A stretch of 64,000 bases of DNA from a bacterium (GTDB lineage: Bacteria > Bacillota > Clostridia > Oscillospirales > CAG-272). The stretch's first letter is position 1; each line of letters starts with the position of its first letter. The stretch spans positions 471-64,470 of the forward strand of contig CAVGEY010000013.1 of the NCBI GenBank assembly GCA_963628435.1, written 5' to 3'. Shown here in pieces: positions 49,278 through 59,244 of the stretch. A program made the translations under genes and the position numbers. The notes beneath the pieces were generated by a model, which had not been told where the DNA came from, did no database searches, and saw nothing but the letters and a program-made list of their open reading frames with translations.

Positions 49278-50120
49278 TCATAAGTTCTCATAATATTTTT
49301 TCATTGTCAGCGCATCTTCCGCCTGCGTTCCCGCAGATTCGCAAATTATGCGCGGAGAATATCCGTCTTTGTATATTGCCTCCATAAGCGGTTCGTAAGG
49401 GGGACCGAATTTGTCGTCATCAAATGTAAGATGTCTTTTTTCTCCCTTGTCGGTATATTCTATCATTGAGAAATGACAGTGCAGATTGTCCGCATATTCA
49501 TAGCCGAGCCTGTCGCCGATAGTCGAGAAGACCTTGCGGTAATCATCCGAAGTTTTGAACAGATTTCCGATGTTTCTCGCGTTCATGTGTCCGAAATCAA
49601 CGACCGGACGCAGACGTTTGTCCATCGAACATATTTCAAGTACCTCGTCAAGAGTGCCGAGCTGATTTAACTTGCCCATTGTTTCAAGTCCGAATGCCAC
49701 TTCGGTGTCTGAAAACTTTTCAAGTGCCTTGTAGATTGTGTCTTTTGAAAGCGCCAGAGCCTCCGAGCGCGATATTTTTGATGCGCTTCCGGTGTGTATG
49801 ACTATTATATTCGCTCCCATTGCCTCGGACGCGGCAATGCTTTGCTCAATATAGTCAAGACTTTTAAGCCTTTTTTCGATGTCTGTCCCCGAAAGCGAAA
49901 TATAATACGGAGAGTGAAACGAAAGAGCTACCCTGTATTTTTTCGCCTGCTGCCCGATTTTCGCAAATGTCTCGGGCGATCCGTTAACGCCGTTCCCGGC
50001 ACTGTATTCGAAAGCGTCAAGACCGCGCGCGGCAATCCATTCGGGCGCTTCGATTGTTGATTTGTGGCCTTCGGCAATAAATGACGCCGAGCTGCCGCTG
50101 GGGCCGAATAATGCACTCAT
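49278..50120 (-). CDS. Endonuclease IV-like / xylose-isomerase-like TIM-barrel protein
   Basis: Metal-site-like motifs are FHSPYY, VIHTG, GLETMG, VDFGHMNA, HCHFS and ICES. Confidence 0.6.
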   Translation of the reverse strand: MSALFGPSGSSASFIAEGHKSTIEAPEWIAARGLDAFEYSAGNGVNGSPETFAKIGQQAKKYRVALSFHSPYYISLSGTDIEKRLKSLDYIEQSIAASEAMGANIIVIHTGSASKISRSEALALSKDTIYKALEKFSDTEVAFGLETMGKLNQLGTLDEVLEICSMDKRLRPVVDFGHMNARNIGNLFKTSDDYRKVFSTIGDRLGYEYADNLHCHFSMIEYTDKGEKRHLTFDDDKFGPPYEPLMEAIYKDGYSPRIICESAGTQAEDALTMKKYYENL

Positions 50121-50704
50121 TTTTGAACTTTGCTCCTTTTATTTTTTCTTACCGTAAGATTTTTCCAGTTTTCGAATTCCGCATCTCTTCCCGCGTGATG
50201 ACCGAAAAAACGCTTCATGCACGGATATTCGCCGAGCCTTTTTATTCTGTGAAGCAAATCGGTTCGGTCGTCTATCGGCGGGACGAGTATCGTAATAAGA
50301 CCTGCGCGTTTGCCTGCAAGCATATCGGTAAAAATCTGATCGCCGAGCGATGCGGTATGTGACTTGTCGGCTCCGACTTTGTCAAGTGCGTTCTTAAGTA
50401 CTTTTGTGCCGGGCTTTTTAGCCTCGGCAAAATAGGGAATCGAAAGACTTCCCGCAAATTTTTCGACTCTCGGGGGATGATTGTTCGACAGAAAAACAAA
50501 CTTGATTTTCGATTTTTCCATGTCCGAAATCCATTTTTTTACAGATTCTGTCGGCAGCGGATCACCGTATGTGACAAGCGTGTTGTCTATGTCACAGACA
50601 ATCGTGTCGATTTTTATACTGTGAAGAAAATCGGGTGTAATTTCGTAAATGTCGTTGAAATAATAATCTGGTATCATAAATTCTCCGAATTGTTCTTGCC
50701 GCAA
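50117..50704 (-). CDS. yqeG: YqeG-family HAD-IIIA phosphatase
   Basis: Motifs VCDIDNTLV, LSNN, AKKPG and LGDQIFTD. An alternative start at 50677 is possible. Confidence 0.8.
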   Translation of the reverse strand: MRQEQFGEFMIPDYYFNDIYEITPDFLHSIKIDTIVCDIDNTLVTYGDPLPTESVKKWISDMEKSKIKFVFLSNNHPPRVEKFAGSLSIPYFAEAKKPGTKVLKNALDKVGADKSHTASLGDQIFTDMLAGKRAGLITILVPPIDDRTDLLHRIKRLGEYPCMKRFFGHHAGRDAEFENWKNLTVRKNKRSKVQK

Positions 50705-50725
50705 TGTGTAAACTGCACCGAAGAG

Positions 50726-51781
50726 TTATTTTCCGCCGTTTTCTTCATCGGAGCCACTGCCGTCATCATCGAGGTCGATGTCATTTTCGCCGATTGACGA
50801 CGGCCCTTTTCTGTGAAGAGTCGATAGCGGATTGTGCTTCATGGCCTCTTCCATTCCCGCATTGCTTACGTGAGTGTAAATCTGCGTTGTGTTAAGCTGC
50901 TCGTGTCCGAGTATTTCCTTCAGAACACGTACATCTACCTGCCCGGACTGATACATCAGCGTTGCGGCGGTATGACGCAGCTTGTGTACCGAAAGATGTC
51001 TGTATCCGAGCCCCGCCGCGTCCAGATATTTGTAGACAAGTGCCTGAACCGTTTTATTGCTTATCCGAGAACCTCTGCTGCTTATAAAAAGCGCGCTTCT
51101 GTCTTTTATTTCAAGCGATTGACGGTGCAAAATCCAAGCGGAAAGCGAATTTCTGCATGCCTCGTTAAGATAGATTATCCTTTCCTTGCTGCCTTTTCCC
51201 GTGACACGAAGTGAGCGAAGATTCGGATCAATGTCTTTAAGACTTATGCCGACAAGCTCGGAAAGTCTCATTCCGCAGTTCAGAAAGAGGGTAATAATGC
51301 AGTAATCTCTGACGCGGTTTTTGGAGTCCGGATAATTTTCAACCGCCTCAAGCAGTTTTATGCATTCTTCTTCGGTCAGATATTTCGGCAGAGCGGGCTT
51401 TACCGAAGGCGATTCTATGTCTTTGACCGGGTTTTCCTCAAAGTAGTGACGCTTCACCGTAAGATATTTGAAAAAACTCCGCAGAGATGATAACTTTCTC
51501 GCACGTGATTTCGCGTGATTGTCGCGTTCGGATGCGGCATACATGAAAAATGAGTACACATCATCCGAACTTATATTTTTGCAGAATTCAACATCGACCG
51601 ATGTAATATCGATTTTGTCAAATTCTTCGCTTTTGGTTGAAATATTGTTTTGGCGTGCTATCAGATAGCGGAAAAACAGTGATAAATCGGTGAGATACTG
51701 CTCGACCGTCAACTTGCTGCGGTTTTGTACCGTAAGCTTGTAAAAGGCAAATTCATCTAAAATTTTCGGATATTCGTCCAT
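50726..51781 (-). CDS. Tyrosine recombinase, XerC/XerD-like, with acidic C-terminal tail
   Basis: An SAM-like N-terminal domain is followed by catalytic R (GMRLSEL), HKLRHTAAT, LGHEQLNTTQIYTHV. An extra ~45-aa D/E/G/S-rich tail follows. Confidence 0.8.
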   Translation of the reverse strand: MDEYPKILDEFAFYKLTVQNRSKLTVEQYLTDLSLFFRYLIARQNNISTKSEEFDKIDITSVDVEFCKNISSDDVYSFFMYAASERDNHAKSRARKLSSLRSFFKYLTVKRHYFEENPVKDIESPSVKPALPKYLTEEECIKLLEAVENYPDSKNRVRDYCIITLFLNCGMRLSELVGISLKDIDPNLRSLRVTGKGSKERIIYLNEACRNSLSAWILHRQSLEIKDRSALFISSRGSRISNKTVQALVYKYLDAAGLGYRHLSVHKLRHTAATLMYQSGQVDVRVLKEILGHEQLNTTQIYTHVSNAGMEEAMKHNPLSTLHRKGPSSIGENDIDLDDDGSGSDEENGGK

Positions 51782-51888
51782 AAACTCACACTCGTATACA
51801 GTTGTTAAATTTTCCTTTTTTATTTATTGTTTATTCACAATTATGGGTTAAAATACACTAAATACAATTTGTTTCGGGAAGTAGATAT

Positions 51889-52497
51889 ATGTTGCAGTTT
51901 ATTAAAGATAACAGTTCGATGATGGTGCGTATGATAGTGTATCAGCTTGCCATGTCGATATTCGGTTTTTCCTTGTCGATGGCATGCGCCAAAAACACAA
52001 CGCTTCTTTTGATATCCGGTATTTTCGCCGTCGGACTCTATCTTTTTCTTCTTTATTTTACGGTGTATGAAAGCGGACAAAAGGACGGCATTAAAATCGA
52101 AAGCGGACGTCTTAAATTCAGCCCGTTTAAGGGACTGCTTGTATCTCTTTGCGCAAACTCGCTTAACTTTCTTCTTGCAATTCTCGGAATTATCGGTAAG
52201 GCATCGATTTCAAATCTCGGATTTTTCGAGCGTGTTGCAAATCTTTCGCCTGCCGAGAACGCCGCTCTTACTCCGGGCTGGGCGGTAAATCTTTATACGG
52301 TCTGCGATTTTGCGGCAAGATTCCTCCAGTGTATGTATGTCGGAATTGCCAAAATTCTTATGCCCGGAAATTCTGTTGCCGTGCTTCTGATGCCGATTCC
52401 CGCCGTTCTGATTTGCGGCGCGGCATATCCTCTCGGAGTCAAGTACCGATCCGGCTTCTTCAAAAAGAAAAGCGTAAAATCAGATCGCAGTCGGTAA
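51889..52497 (+). CDS. Hypothetical polytopic membrane protein
   Basis: 202 aa with about 5 hydrophobic segments and a basic C-terminus. A terminator follows. I recognise no family. Confidence 0.5.
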   Translation: MLQFIKDNSSMMVRMIVYQLAMSIFGFSLSMACAKNTTLLLISGIFAVGLYLFLLYFTVYESGQKDGIKIESGRLKFSPFKGLLVSLCANSLNFLLAILGIIGKASISNLGFFERVANLSPAENAALTPGWAVNLYTVCDFAARFLQCMYVGIAKILMPGNSVAVLLMPIPAVLICGAAYPLGVKYRSGFFKKKSVKSDRSR

Positions 52498-52511
52498 ACC
52501 GAAAACTCTTA

Positions 52512-52559
52512 CCCATCGCAGCATATACTGTTATCGGAATGTGTTGCGGTGGGCTTTTT
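52512..52559 (+). terminator. Terminator of the membrane-protein gene
   Basis: CCCATCGCAGCA / TGTTGCGGTGGG forms 12 bp including 2 G-U pairs, with a 18-nt loop. CTTTTT follows. Confidence 0.65.
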
Positions 52560-52700
52560 ACAGCGGCATTGTGAATTTTAATATGTTATATTTTAGCAGA
52601 TTGCATCCGATATGTCAAGAAAATCTGCCGAAAAATGACGGCATACGAGCTTAAAGAAACTCGAAAAACTATTTTTGTCTCTTTGAAGAAGGGAGCGACC

Positions 52701-54104
52701 GTGACCGTGAAAAACAATAAAAGCTATTTTGAATGTATAGAATGCGGATACAGAACTCAGAAATGGATGGGCAAATGCCCGTCATGCGGAAAATTTTCGA
52801 CTTTTGAAGAAGTGTCGGAAGAGAGCGAAGATCAAGCGGCTCCTTCCAAAAACCGTGTGCGCGGCGTTCTGCCGATGGGTAATAAGGCTCAGAAATATGA
52901 TGCGGTCGATCTTCCCGAATACATACGGACGGAAACCGGAATGGAAGAGCTTGACAGAGTGCTGGGCGGAGGAATCGTCGACGGCTCGGTTGTTCTTCTC
53001 GCCGGCGAACCCGGTATAGGAAAATCGACTCTCCTTTTGCAGATATGCGAATCGCTTTCGGCGAATAAACGCGTGCTTTATGTGTCGGGAGAGGAATCGG
53101 GCGGACAGCTCAGATACAGAGCAAAAAGGCTCGGCATAACCGGAAAAAATCTTTATCTGCTTACCGAAACAGAGGTCGGCGCCATACTTGATGAATGTGA
53201 AGATGTGAACCCCGCATTCATAATCGTCGATTCGATTCAGACAATGTACTGTGACAGCGTATCGTCAAGCGCGGGATCGGTCACACAGATAAAAGAGAGC
53301 GCAATGCGCTTTATATCGCTTGCCAAAACAAAGGGCATCTCAATACTCATAGTCGGCCATGTGACCAAAGAGGGAAGTATCGCAGGCCCGAAAATACTTG
53401 AACACATGGTAGATGCCGTGCTTTCGTTTGAAGGCGATAAACAGCATATTTTCAGAGTAATCAGAGCGGTCAAAAACAGATACGGCTCAACGAATGAAAT
53501 CGGCGTCTTCGAAATGACCGAGGAAGGACTTTGCGAGGTCAAAAATCCTTCCGAGATGCTGCTTGCGGGCAGACCTAAAGACAGTTCGGGAAACTGTGCG
53601 GTCTGTACGGTTGAAGGAACCCGTCCGATGATAACCGAGATTCAGGCACTTGTCGCGTCTACCGCCTTTCCCGCTCCGAGAAGAACCGCCGACGGCGTCG
53701 ATTATAACCGGCTGTGCTTAATACTTGCGGTGCTCGAAAAAAGGCTCGGACTCAGGCTCAATACCTGCGATGTCTACGTCAATGTAATCGGCGGCATACG
53801 TATAGACGAAAATTCTTCCGATTTGGCGGTTGCGCTTGCGATTTTTTCATCGTATAAAGATATAGTTCTGCCGAATGACTTTATTGCCTTCGGAGAGCTC
53901 GGATTGTCGGGCGAATGCAGAAATGTGACATCGGCAGATACCCGTGTAAGCGAAGCCATAAAGCTCGGATTCCGCACGATAATGCTTCCGAAACGGAATT
54001 TCGAAAAGATACGCGGTGCCGAACGATTCAAAAATGTAAATCTTCTGCCCGTGTCCGGCCTCTATGATGCAGTCTCGAATATTGCGAAATTCAAGACCGA
54101 ATGA
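52701..54104 (+). CDS. radA: DNA repair protein RadA
   Basis: The Zn ribbon is CIECGY...CPSCG and Walker A is GEPGIGKST. KNRYG and a Lon-like C-terminal domain are present. A GTG start at 52701 after GGGAG is proposed; the ORF is open from 52635. Confidence 0.92.
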   Translation: MTVKNNKSYFECIECGYRTQKWMGKCPSCGKFSTFEEVSEESEDQAAPSKNRVRGVLPMGNKAQKYDAVDLPEYIRTETGMEELDRVLGGGIVDGSVVLLAGEPGIGKSTLLLQICESLSANKRVLYVSGEESGGQLRYRAKRLGITGKNLYLLTETEVGAILDECEDVNPAFIIVDSIQTMYCDSVSSSAGSVTQIKESAMRFISLAKTKGISILIVGHVTKEGSIAGPKILEHMVDAVLSFEGDKQHIFRVIRAVKNRYGSTNEIGVFEMTEEGLCEVKNPSEMLLAGRPKDSSGNCAVCTVEGTRPMITEIQALVASTAFPAPRRTADGVDYNRLCLILAVLEKRLGLRLNTCDVYVNVIGGIRIDENSSDLAVALAIFSSYKDIVLPNDFIAFGELGLSGECRNVTSADTRVSEAIKLGFRTIMLPKRNFEKIRGAERFKNVNLLPVSGLYDAVSNIAKFKTE

Positions 54105-54153
54105 ATTTTTGCCTGTCGGCTTCAAATTATCCCGTTAATTTTTTGTTCTGCAC

Positions 54154-54182
54154 TTGTATTTGAGCGACGACTGTGATATAAT
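54154..54182 (+). promoter_or_regulatory. Putative sigma-A promoter of fhs
   Basis: TTGTAT-17 nt-TATAAT with a TGn extension. Confidence 0.55.
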
Positions 54183-54284
54183 TCTACAGTATTTATTTTT
54201 GATGTTAATGTCGGAGATGCCGTATATTTCGGAAAATCGAAAAACGGCATAATAAACAAATTTGTCCTGAAAGGTTTGTACAAA

Positions 54285-55967
54285 ATGATGTCATTTCCAA
54301 CCGATGGCGAAATTGCCGCCGCCGCAAGTATGAAGCCGATTGCCGAAATAGCGAAAGAACTCGGCATAAAAGAAGATGAACTCGAACTTTACGGCAAATA
54401 TAAGGCAAAAATCAATGATGGTTTTCTTGCACGCTGCAAAGACCGAAAAGACGGCAAACTTGTTCTTGTAACGGCTGTAAATCCGACACCCGCCGGTGAA
54501 GGCAAAACAACCACAACCGTCGGACTCGGGCAGGCAATGAAGAAAATCGGAAAAAATGCCGTTATCGCGTTGAGAGAGCCTTCTCTCGGTCCCGTGTTCG
54601 GTATAAAAGGCGGAGCCGCAGGCGGAGGATATGCACAGGTTGTGCCGATGGAAGACATAAATCTGCATTTTACCGGCGATTTTCACGCCGTGACTGCCGC
54701 AAACAATCTCCTCTGCGCGGTAATCGATAATTCGATTCAGCAGGGAAATGAACTTTCAATAGATCCGCGTACTGTAATGTTCCCGAGAGTAACCGACACA
54801 AACGACCGCGCTCTCAGAAACACTGTTATCGGTCTCGGAAAACCGTCGGACGGCGTTCCCCGTGAGGAACATTTTATGATTACGGTTGCTTCCGAGATAA
54901 TGGCCGTTCTGTGTCTTGCCGAGTCTATTGCCGATTTGAAAAAGAGACTGTCGAATATACTCGTTGCGTATACCTATGACGGTAAGCCGGTTTATGCGGG
55001 CGATTTGCGCTGTGTCGGAGCTATGGCGGCTCTCCTGCGTGACGCCATGAAGCCGAATCTCGTTCAGACACTTGAAAATACTCCCGCAATAATTCACGGA
55101 GGTCCTTTTGCCAATATCGCACACGGCTGCAACTCGGTACGTGCAACAAAGCTCGCCATGAAGCTCGGCGATTATGCCATAACCGAGGCCGGATTCGGAG
55201 CCGATCTCGGAGCCGAAAAGTTTTTCGATATCAAATGCCGTGCGGCAGGTCTTAAACCGTCATGTGCGGTTCTTGTTGCAACCGTCAGAGCGCTTAAATA
55301 TAACGGCGGCGTCGCAAAAGAACAACTGCATATTGAAAATACCGATGCACTCGAAAAGGGCATCTGCAATCTTTGCGCACATATCGACAACCTGAAAAAA
55401 TACAACCTGCCGATTGTCGTTGCAATAAATAAAAGGGCAGATGACTCGGATAGAGAAATTGCCATTGTCGAAAAGGTCTGCGAAGATAAAGGCGTTGATT
55501 TTGCGCTGTCCGAAGTCTTTGCAAAAGGCGGCGACGGCGGAATCGAACTTGCCCGCAAGGTTGTAAAGGCCTGTGAGAAAGATTCGGATTTTTCACCGCT
55601 GTATGATTCCGATATCGGCATAAAGGAAAAAATCGAAAAAATCGCAGTCGAAATTTACGGAGCATCCGGTGTCAATTACGATCCGTCTGCCGAAAAAGAA
55701 ATTTCAAAAATAGAATCACTTGATGAAAAATACAAAAGGATGCCCGTCTGCATCGCAAAAACCCAGTATTCTCTCTCGGATGATCCGAAAAAACTCGGCA
55801 GACCGTCGGGATTCAGATTGAATGTCAGAGAGGTTAAACTTTCTGCCGGCGCGGGATTTGTCGTTGTGCTCACAGGCAGTATTCTCACAATGCCGGGACT
55901 CTCGAAAAATCCGGCGGCTTATGTCATCGATGTTACCGATGACGGAACAATTACAGGATTATCGTAA
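54285..55967 (+). CDS. fhs: Formate--tetrahydrofolate ligase
   Basis: Motifs [45 protein letters not shown] and VATVRALK. Confidence 0.96.
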   Translation: MMSFPTDGEIAAAASMKPIAEIAKELGIKEDELELYGKYKAKINDGFLARCKDRKDGKLVLVTAVNPTPAGEGKTTTTVGLGQAMKKIGKNAVIALREPSLGPVFGIKGGAAGGGYAQVVPMEDINLHFTGDFHAVTAANNLLCAVIDNSIQQGNELSIDPRTVMFPRVTDTNDRALRNTVIGLGKPSDGVPREEHFMITVASEIMAVLCLAESIADLKKRLSNILVAYTYDGKPVYAGDLRCVGAMAALLRDAMKPNLVQTLENTPAIIHGGPFANIAHGCNSVRATKLAMKLGDYAITEAGFGADLGAEKFFDIKCRAAGLKPSCAVLVATVRALKYNGGVAKEQLHIENTDALEKGICNLCAHIDNLKKYNLPIVVAINKRADDSDREIAIVEKVCEDKGVDFALSEVFAKGGDGGIELARKVVKACEKDSDFSPLYDSDIGIKEKIEKIAVEIYGASGVNYDPSAEKEISKIESLDEKYKRMPVCIAKTQYSLSDDPKKLGRPSGFRLNVREVKLSAGAGFVVVLTGSILTMPGLSKNPAAYVIDVTDDGTITGLS

Positions 55968-55968
55968 A

Positions 55969-56421
55969 ATGGCCGATCAACTTATAACGCAGATTTTCAA
56001 TATCAAAACAAACTCTCCCGAAGAAACCGAAAATGCGGGGGAAAAACTCGCTTTGTCGATAAAAAAGAATGAATTTGTCGCTCTTTACGGCGATCTCGGC
56101 GCAGGAAAAACGGCTTTTGTACGCGGATTTGCACGCCCGCTTACCCCGTCTGCCGATGTCTGCTCACCGACATATTCGATAATAAACGAATATGAAGAAA
56201 ACAATATAAGAATATGTCACATGGATGCTTACCGTATAAAAGACGAGGATGATCTCTGGTCATGCGGATTTTATGACTATACCGACTGCTATGTCATTTC
56301 CGAATGGAGTGAAAATATTCCTTTTGCCCTTCCGCGGGAATATGTCCGTGTTACCATAACAAAGGAAGACGAAAACCGGCGTGATATTTCGGCAGAATAT
56401 GTGAAAAAAGTCGGTGAATGA
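55969..56421 (+). CDS. tsaE: tRNA t6A biosynthesis protein TsaE
   Basis: LYGDLGAGKTAFVRG and SPTYSI are present. ATG lies 1 nt after the fhs stop. The ORF-track start at 55822 overlaps fhs and is rejected. Confidence 0.88.
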   Translation: MADQLITQIFNIKTNSPEETENAGEKLALSIKKNEFVALYGDLGAGKTAFVRGFARPLTPSADVCSPTYSIINEYEENNIRICHMDAYRIKDEDDLWSCGFYDYTDCYVISEWSENIPFALPREYVRVTITKEDENRRDISAEYVKKVGE

Positions 56422-56482
56422 ATTTTCGGATTTGAACCTTGTACCGAGAACGGCATAAATCAAAAGAAAGGCATGACCTAAA

Positions 56483-57208
56483 ATGATAATACTTGCAATG
56501 GACTCGTCTGCGCAGAGTGCCTCCGTATCGCTTTGCGATGGTGAAAAACAGATTGCCGGGATGACTCTCGATAACGGAAATAAACACAGCGAAACGCTGC
56601 TGCCGATGGCAGAGGATATTTTCAGGCATACCGGCCTTTCGGCAGATAATGTCGATCTTTTTGCCGTTACCGTCGGGCCGGGATCATTCACCGGTGTGCG
56701 TATCGGTGTTTCACTCGTCAAGGGAATGGCGTTCGGTAAGAATAAGCCGTGCGTCGGTGTTTCATCGCTGGAGTCGCTTGCTTTTAATATGATAGGTACC
56801 GACGGCGTCGTATGCTCTTTGATAGATGCACGGCACGAGCAGTATTATAACGCTTTCTTCCGCGTTAAATCGGGAACGCTTACAAGACTATGCCCCGATA
56901 GAATTATTACACTAAAAGATCTTGCAAACGAACTTGCGGATTTTGATGAAAAAGTCTGCCTTGTGGGTGACGGCGCAAATTCGGTATCCGAATATCTCCT
57001 TGATAACGATATAAAATCAAACGTAAAGACTCCTCAGAATTATCTTATGCTTCAAAACGGCTATTCTGTCGCGATGGTGGCAGAGCGTATGTATGAAGAA
57101 GGAAAATATACAAGCGACAGACTGCTTGTCCCGGTTTATCTTCGTGCATCACAGGCCGAACGGGAACGGCTTGAGAAAATCGGCAATACCGAAATCTCCG
57201 CCAGATAA
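56483..57208 (+). CDS. tsaB: tRNA t6A biosynthesis protein TsaB
   Basis: ILAMDSS... and VTVGPGSFTGVRIGVS fit a YeaZ-type inactive Kae1 homologue. Confidence 0.88.
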   Translation: MIILAMDSSAQSASVSLCDGEKQIAGMTLDNGNKHSETLLPMAEDIFRHTGLSADNVDLFAVTVGPGSFTGVRIGVSLVKGMAFGKNKPCVGVSSLESLAFNMIGTDGVVCSLIDARHEQYYNAFFRVKSGTLTRLCPDRIITLKDLANELADFDEKVCLVGDGANSVSEYLLDNDIKSNVKTPQNYLMLQNGYSVAMVAERMYEEGKYTSDRLLVPVYLRASQAERERLEKIGNTEISAR

Positions 57209-57260
57209 CGTACCAAATAATTTATCTGCCGCATAGGCTCAAATAAGAAAGGACATTTAT

Positions 57261-57719
57261 ATGAAAAAGACTGTTGTAATCGGCTGTGATCACGGCGGAT
57301 ATGAACTCAAACTGCCGATTCTCGCGTATCTCAACGAGGAGGGCTACAAGGTTATCGATGTCGGCTGTGACAGTACCGATTCGGTAAATTATCCGGTATA
57401 TGCCGATAAGCTCTGCAAAGTCATAAGCTCCGGAGAAGCCGAACTCGGAATTCTTATCTGCGGTACGGGAGTCGGAATGTCGATGGCCGCAAATAAACAT
57501 GCGGGCATACGAGCCGCATGCTGCGAAAATACATTTTCGGCGAGAATGACACGCGCACATAATGATGCGAATGTTCTCTGCCTCGGTGCAAGAGTACTCG
57601 GCGCGGGCCTTGCCGTCGATATGGTCGAGCTTTTTCTCGAAACCGAATTTCTCGGCGGCAGACACGCCAAACGCGTCGAAATGCTCAATGAACTCGATGC
57701 GAAAAAAACCGAATCATAA
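57261..57719 (+). CDS. rpiB: Ribose-5-phosphate isomerase B
   Basis: IGCDHGGYELK, GILICGTGVGMSMAANK and NDANVLCLGARV are LacAB/RpiB motifs. Confidence 0.93.
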   Translation: MKKTVVIGCDHGGYELKLPILAYLNEEGYKVIDVGCDSTDSVNYPVYADKLCKVISSGEAELGILICGTGVGMSMAANKHAGIRAACCENTFSARMTRAHNDANVLCLGARVLGAGLAVDMVELFLETEFLGGRHAKRVEMLNELDAKKTES

Positions 57720-57769
57720 CATATTCTTGCATATCCGAAAACGATTTTCGCAAACCGGAGTATCTGACA

Positions 57770-58489
57770 ATGAATGAAATTTTTGAGAGAACGGCTATGC
57801 TTTTCGGCAGCGATGCCGTGGCATCACTCGAAAAAAAGAGTGTAATAGTGTTCGGCGTCGGCGGCGTCGGCGGCTATGTCTGCGAAGCATTGTGCCGCAG
57901 CGGTATAGGCACAATCGGAATTGTGGATAACGATACCGTGTCAAAATCGAATATAAACAGGCAGATAATTGCAACAATGTCGACCGTCGGAAAGCCGAAA
58001 ACATCGGTAATGGCCGACCGTCTGCATGATATAAACCCCGATGTGAAGGTGATCTGCCATAATATGTTTTATCTTCCCGAGAATGCCGATTTGATTGATC
58101 TTTCATTGTACGATTATGTTGTGGATGCCGTCGATACCGTCTCCGCAAAAATCGAAATTATCGAACGGGCAATGAAATCGGGGATACCCGTGATTTCATC
58201 AATGGGAACAGGCAATAAAACCGATCCGTCAAAACTCCGTATCGCCGATATTTCCAAAACGAACACCTGCCCGCTCGCTAAAGTTATGCGCCGCGAGCTT
58301 AAAATCAGAGGTATAAATCATCTTAAAGTGGTATTTTCGGACGAACCTCCGATAACTCCGAAATTTTGCGCCTCGGATACGGGAAAACGCGCTCCGGCAT
58401 CATCCGCGTTTGTTCCGCCGACTGCGGGCCTCTTAATCGCAAGGCAGATAGTTGTGGATTTTGTGTCCGCTTTTCAAAGTCCGGTTTGA
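57770..58489 (+). CDS. tcdA: tRNA threonylcarbamoyladenosine dehydratase (ThiF-family, TcdA/CsdL-like)
   Basis: VFGVGGVGGY, VDNDTVSKSNINRQ, DAVDTVSAK and CPLAK motifs. Confidence 0.8.
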   Translation: MNEIFERTAMLFGSDAVASLEKKSVIVFGVGGVGGYVCEALCRSGIGTIGIVDNDTVSKSNINRQIIATMSTVGKPKTSVMADRLHDINPDVKVICHNMFYLPENADLIDLSLYDYVVDAVDTVSAKIEIIERAMKSGIPVISSMGTGNKTDPSKLRIADISKTNTCPLAKVMRRELKIRGINHLKVVFSDEPPITPKFCASDTGKRAPASSAFVPPTAGLLIARQIVVDFVSAFQSPV

Positions 58490-58500
58490 AAATCGGTGAT

Positions 58501-58548
58501 AAAAAAACAGGAAGCCGACTGAACTTTCAAGTCGGCTTCCTGTTTTTT
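58501..58548. terminator. Bidirectional terminator between tcdA and maa
   Basis: AAAAAACAGGAAGCCGACT-(9 nt)-AGTCGGCTTCCTGTTTTTT. Confidence 0.9.
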
Positions 58549-58557
58549 CGTAAAGGA

Positions 58558-59190
58558 TTATTCTCCGTCAAGCGGAATATCTATTTCAAGATTTCTGTAA
58601 AAATATTTTTTATCGCGTTCGCCGATTTCGCGGACAACCTTGCATGGATTGCCGTATGCAACCGTGTTTGCGGGTATGTCTCTCGTAACAATGCTTCCCG
58701 CACCGATGACTGTGTTGTCGCCGATGGTAACACCGGGAAGAATAACCGAACCGGCACCTATCCAGACATTGTTGCCTATGTGAACGGGCAGATTGTACTG
58801 CGCCTGCTTTATCCTGAGGAAGGGCAAAATGGGATGACCTGCCGTCGCAACAACAACATTCGGAGCAAACATTACGCCGTCACCGACGAAAATATCGGTA
58901 TCATCGACAAGCGTAAGATTAAAGTTGGCATAGACATTGTTCCCGAAATGTGTGTGTATTCCCCAGTTGGCGTGAAGCGGAGGTTCAACATAGCATCCCT
59001 CTCCGACTTCGGCAAGCAGTTTTTTCAGTATCTCCGCGCGCTTCTCACCGTCATGCGGACGGGTTGAATTGTAATCATACAGAATTTCCAGACAGTCGAG
59101 CTGCTCTGCGGCTATCGATTCGTCATTCGGAAAATATACTTTCTGTTCCGACATTCTTTTTTTGTTGTCTAAATCTTTGTAATAGTCCAT
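58558..59190 (-). CDS. maa: Maltose/galactoside O-acetyltransferase (left-handed beta-helix)
   Basis: Carries the Mac N-terminal domain and hexapeptide repeats (IGNNVWIGAGSVILPGVTIGDNTVIGAGSIV). An alternative start at 59154 is possible. Confidence 0.85.
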   Translation of the reverse strand: MDYYKDLDNKKRMSEQKVYFPNDESIAAEQLDCLEILYDYNSTRPHDGEKRAEILKKLLAEVGEGCYVEPPLHANWGIHTHFGNNVYANFNLTLVDDTDIFVGDGVMFAPNVVVATAGHPILPFLRIKQAQYNLPVHIGNNVWIGAGSVILPGVTIGDNTVIGAGSIVTRDIPANTVAYGNPCKVVREIGERDKKYFYRNLEIDIPLDGE

Positions 59191-59244
59191 ATCGTTTTAT
59201 CGCACCTTTCTTCTGAATGTTCGTAAAAATTTTTTGACTTTTTG

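Noticed and set aside
50726-51781. Xer-like recombinase as a marker of an integrated mobile element
   Set aside because: I could see no flanking direct repeats, and no adjacent excisionase, phage, plasmid or transposase genes. The neighbours (yqeG, radA) are core genes. It is annotated as a chromosomal recombinase only.
54183-54284. Possible riboswitch (THF or ZTP/pfl) in the fhs leader
   Set aside because: Only a simple ATGCCGT/ACGGCAT hairpin is present. I cannot find the conserved ZTP (GGGUCGUGAC...CCGCCUGGGCA) or THF core sequences, and the leader is only about 100 nt.
55822-55968. N-terminal extension of tsaE overlapping the fhs 3' end; similarly 20336-20431 for tatD
   Set aside because: The extensions lie inside well-supported upstream genes in another frame. 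Conserved protein N-termini and RBS spacing support the shorter starts at 55969 and 20432.
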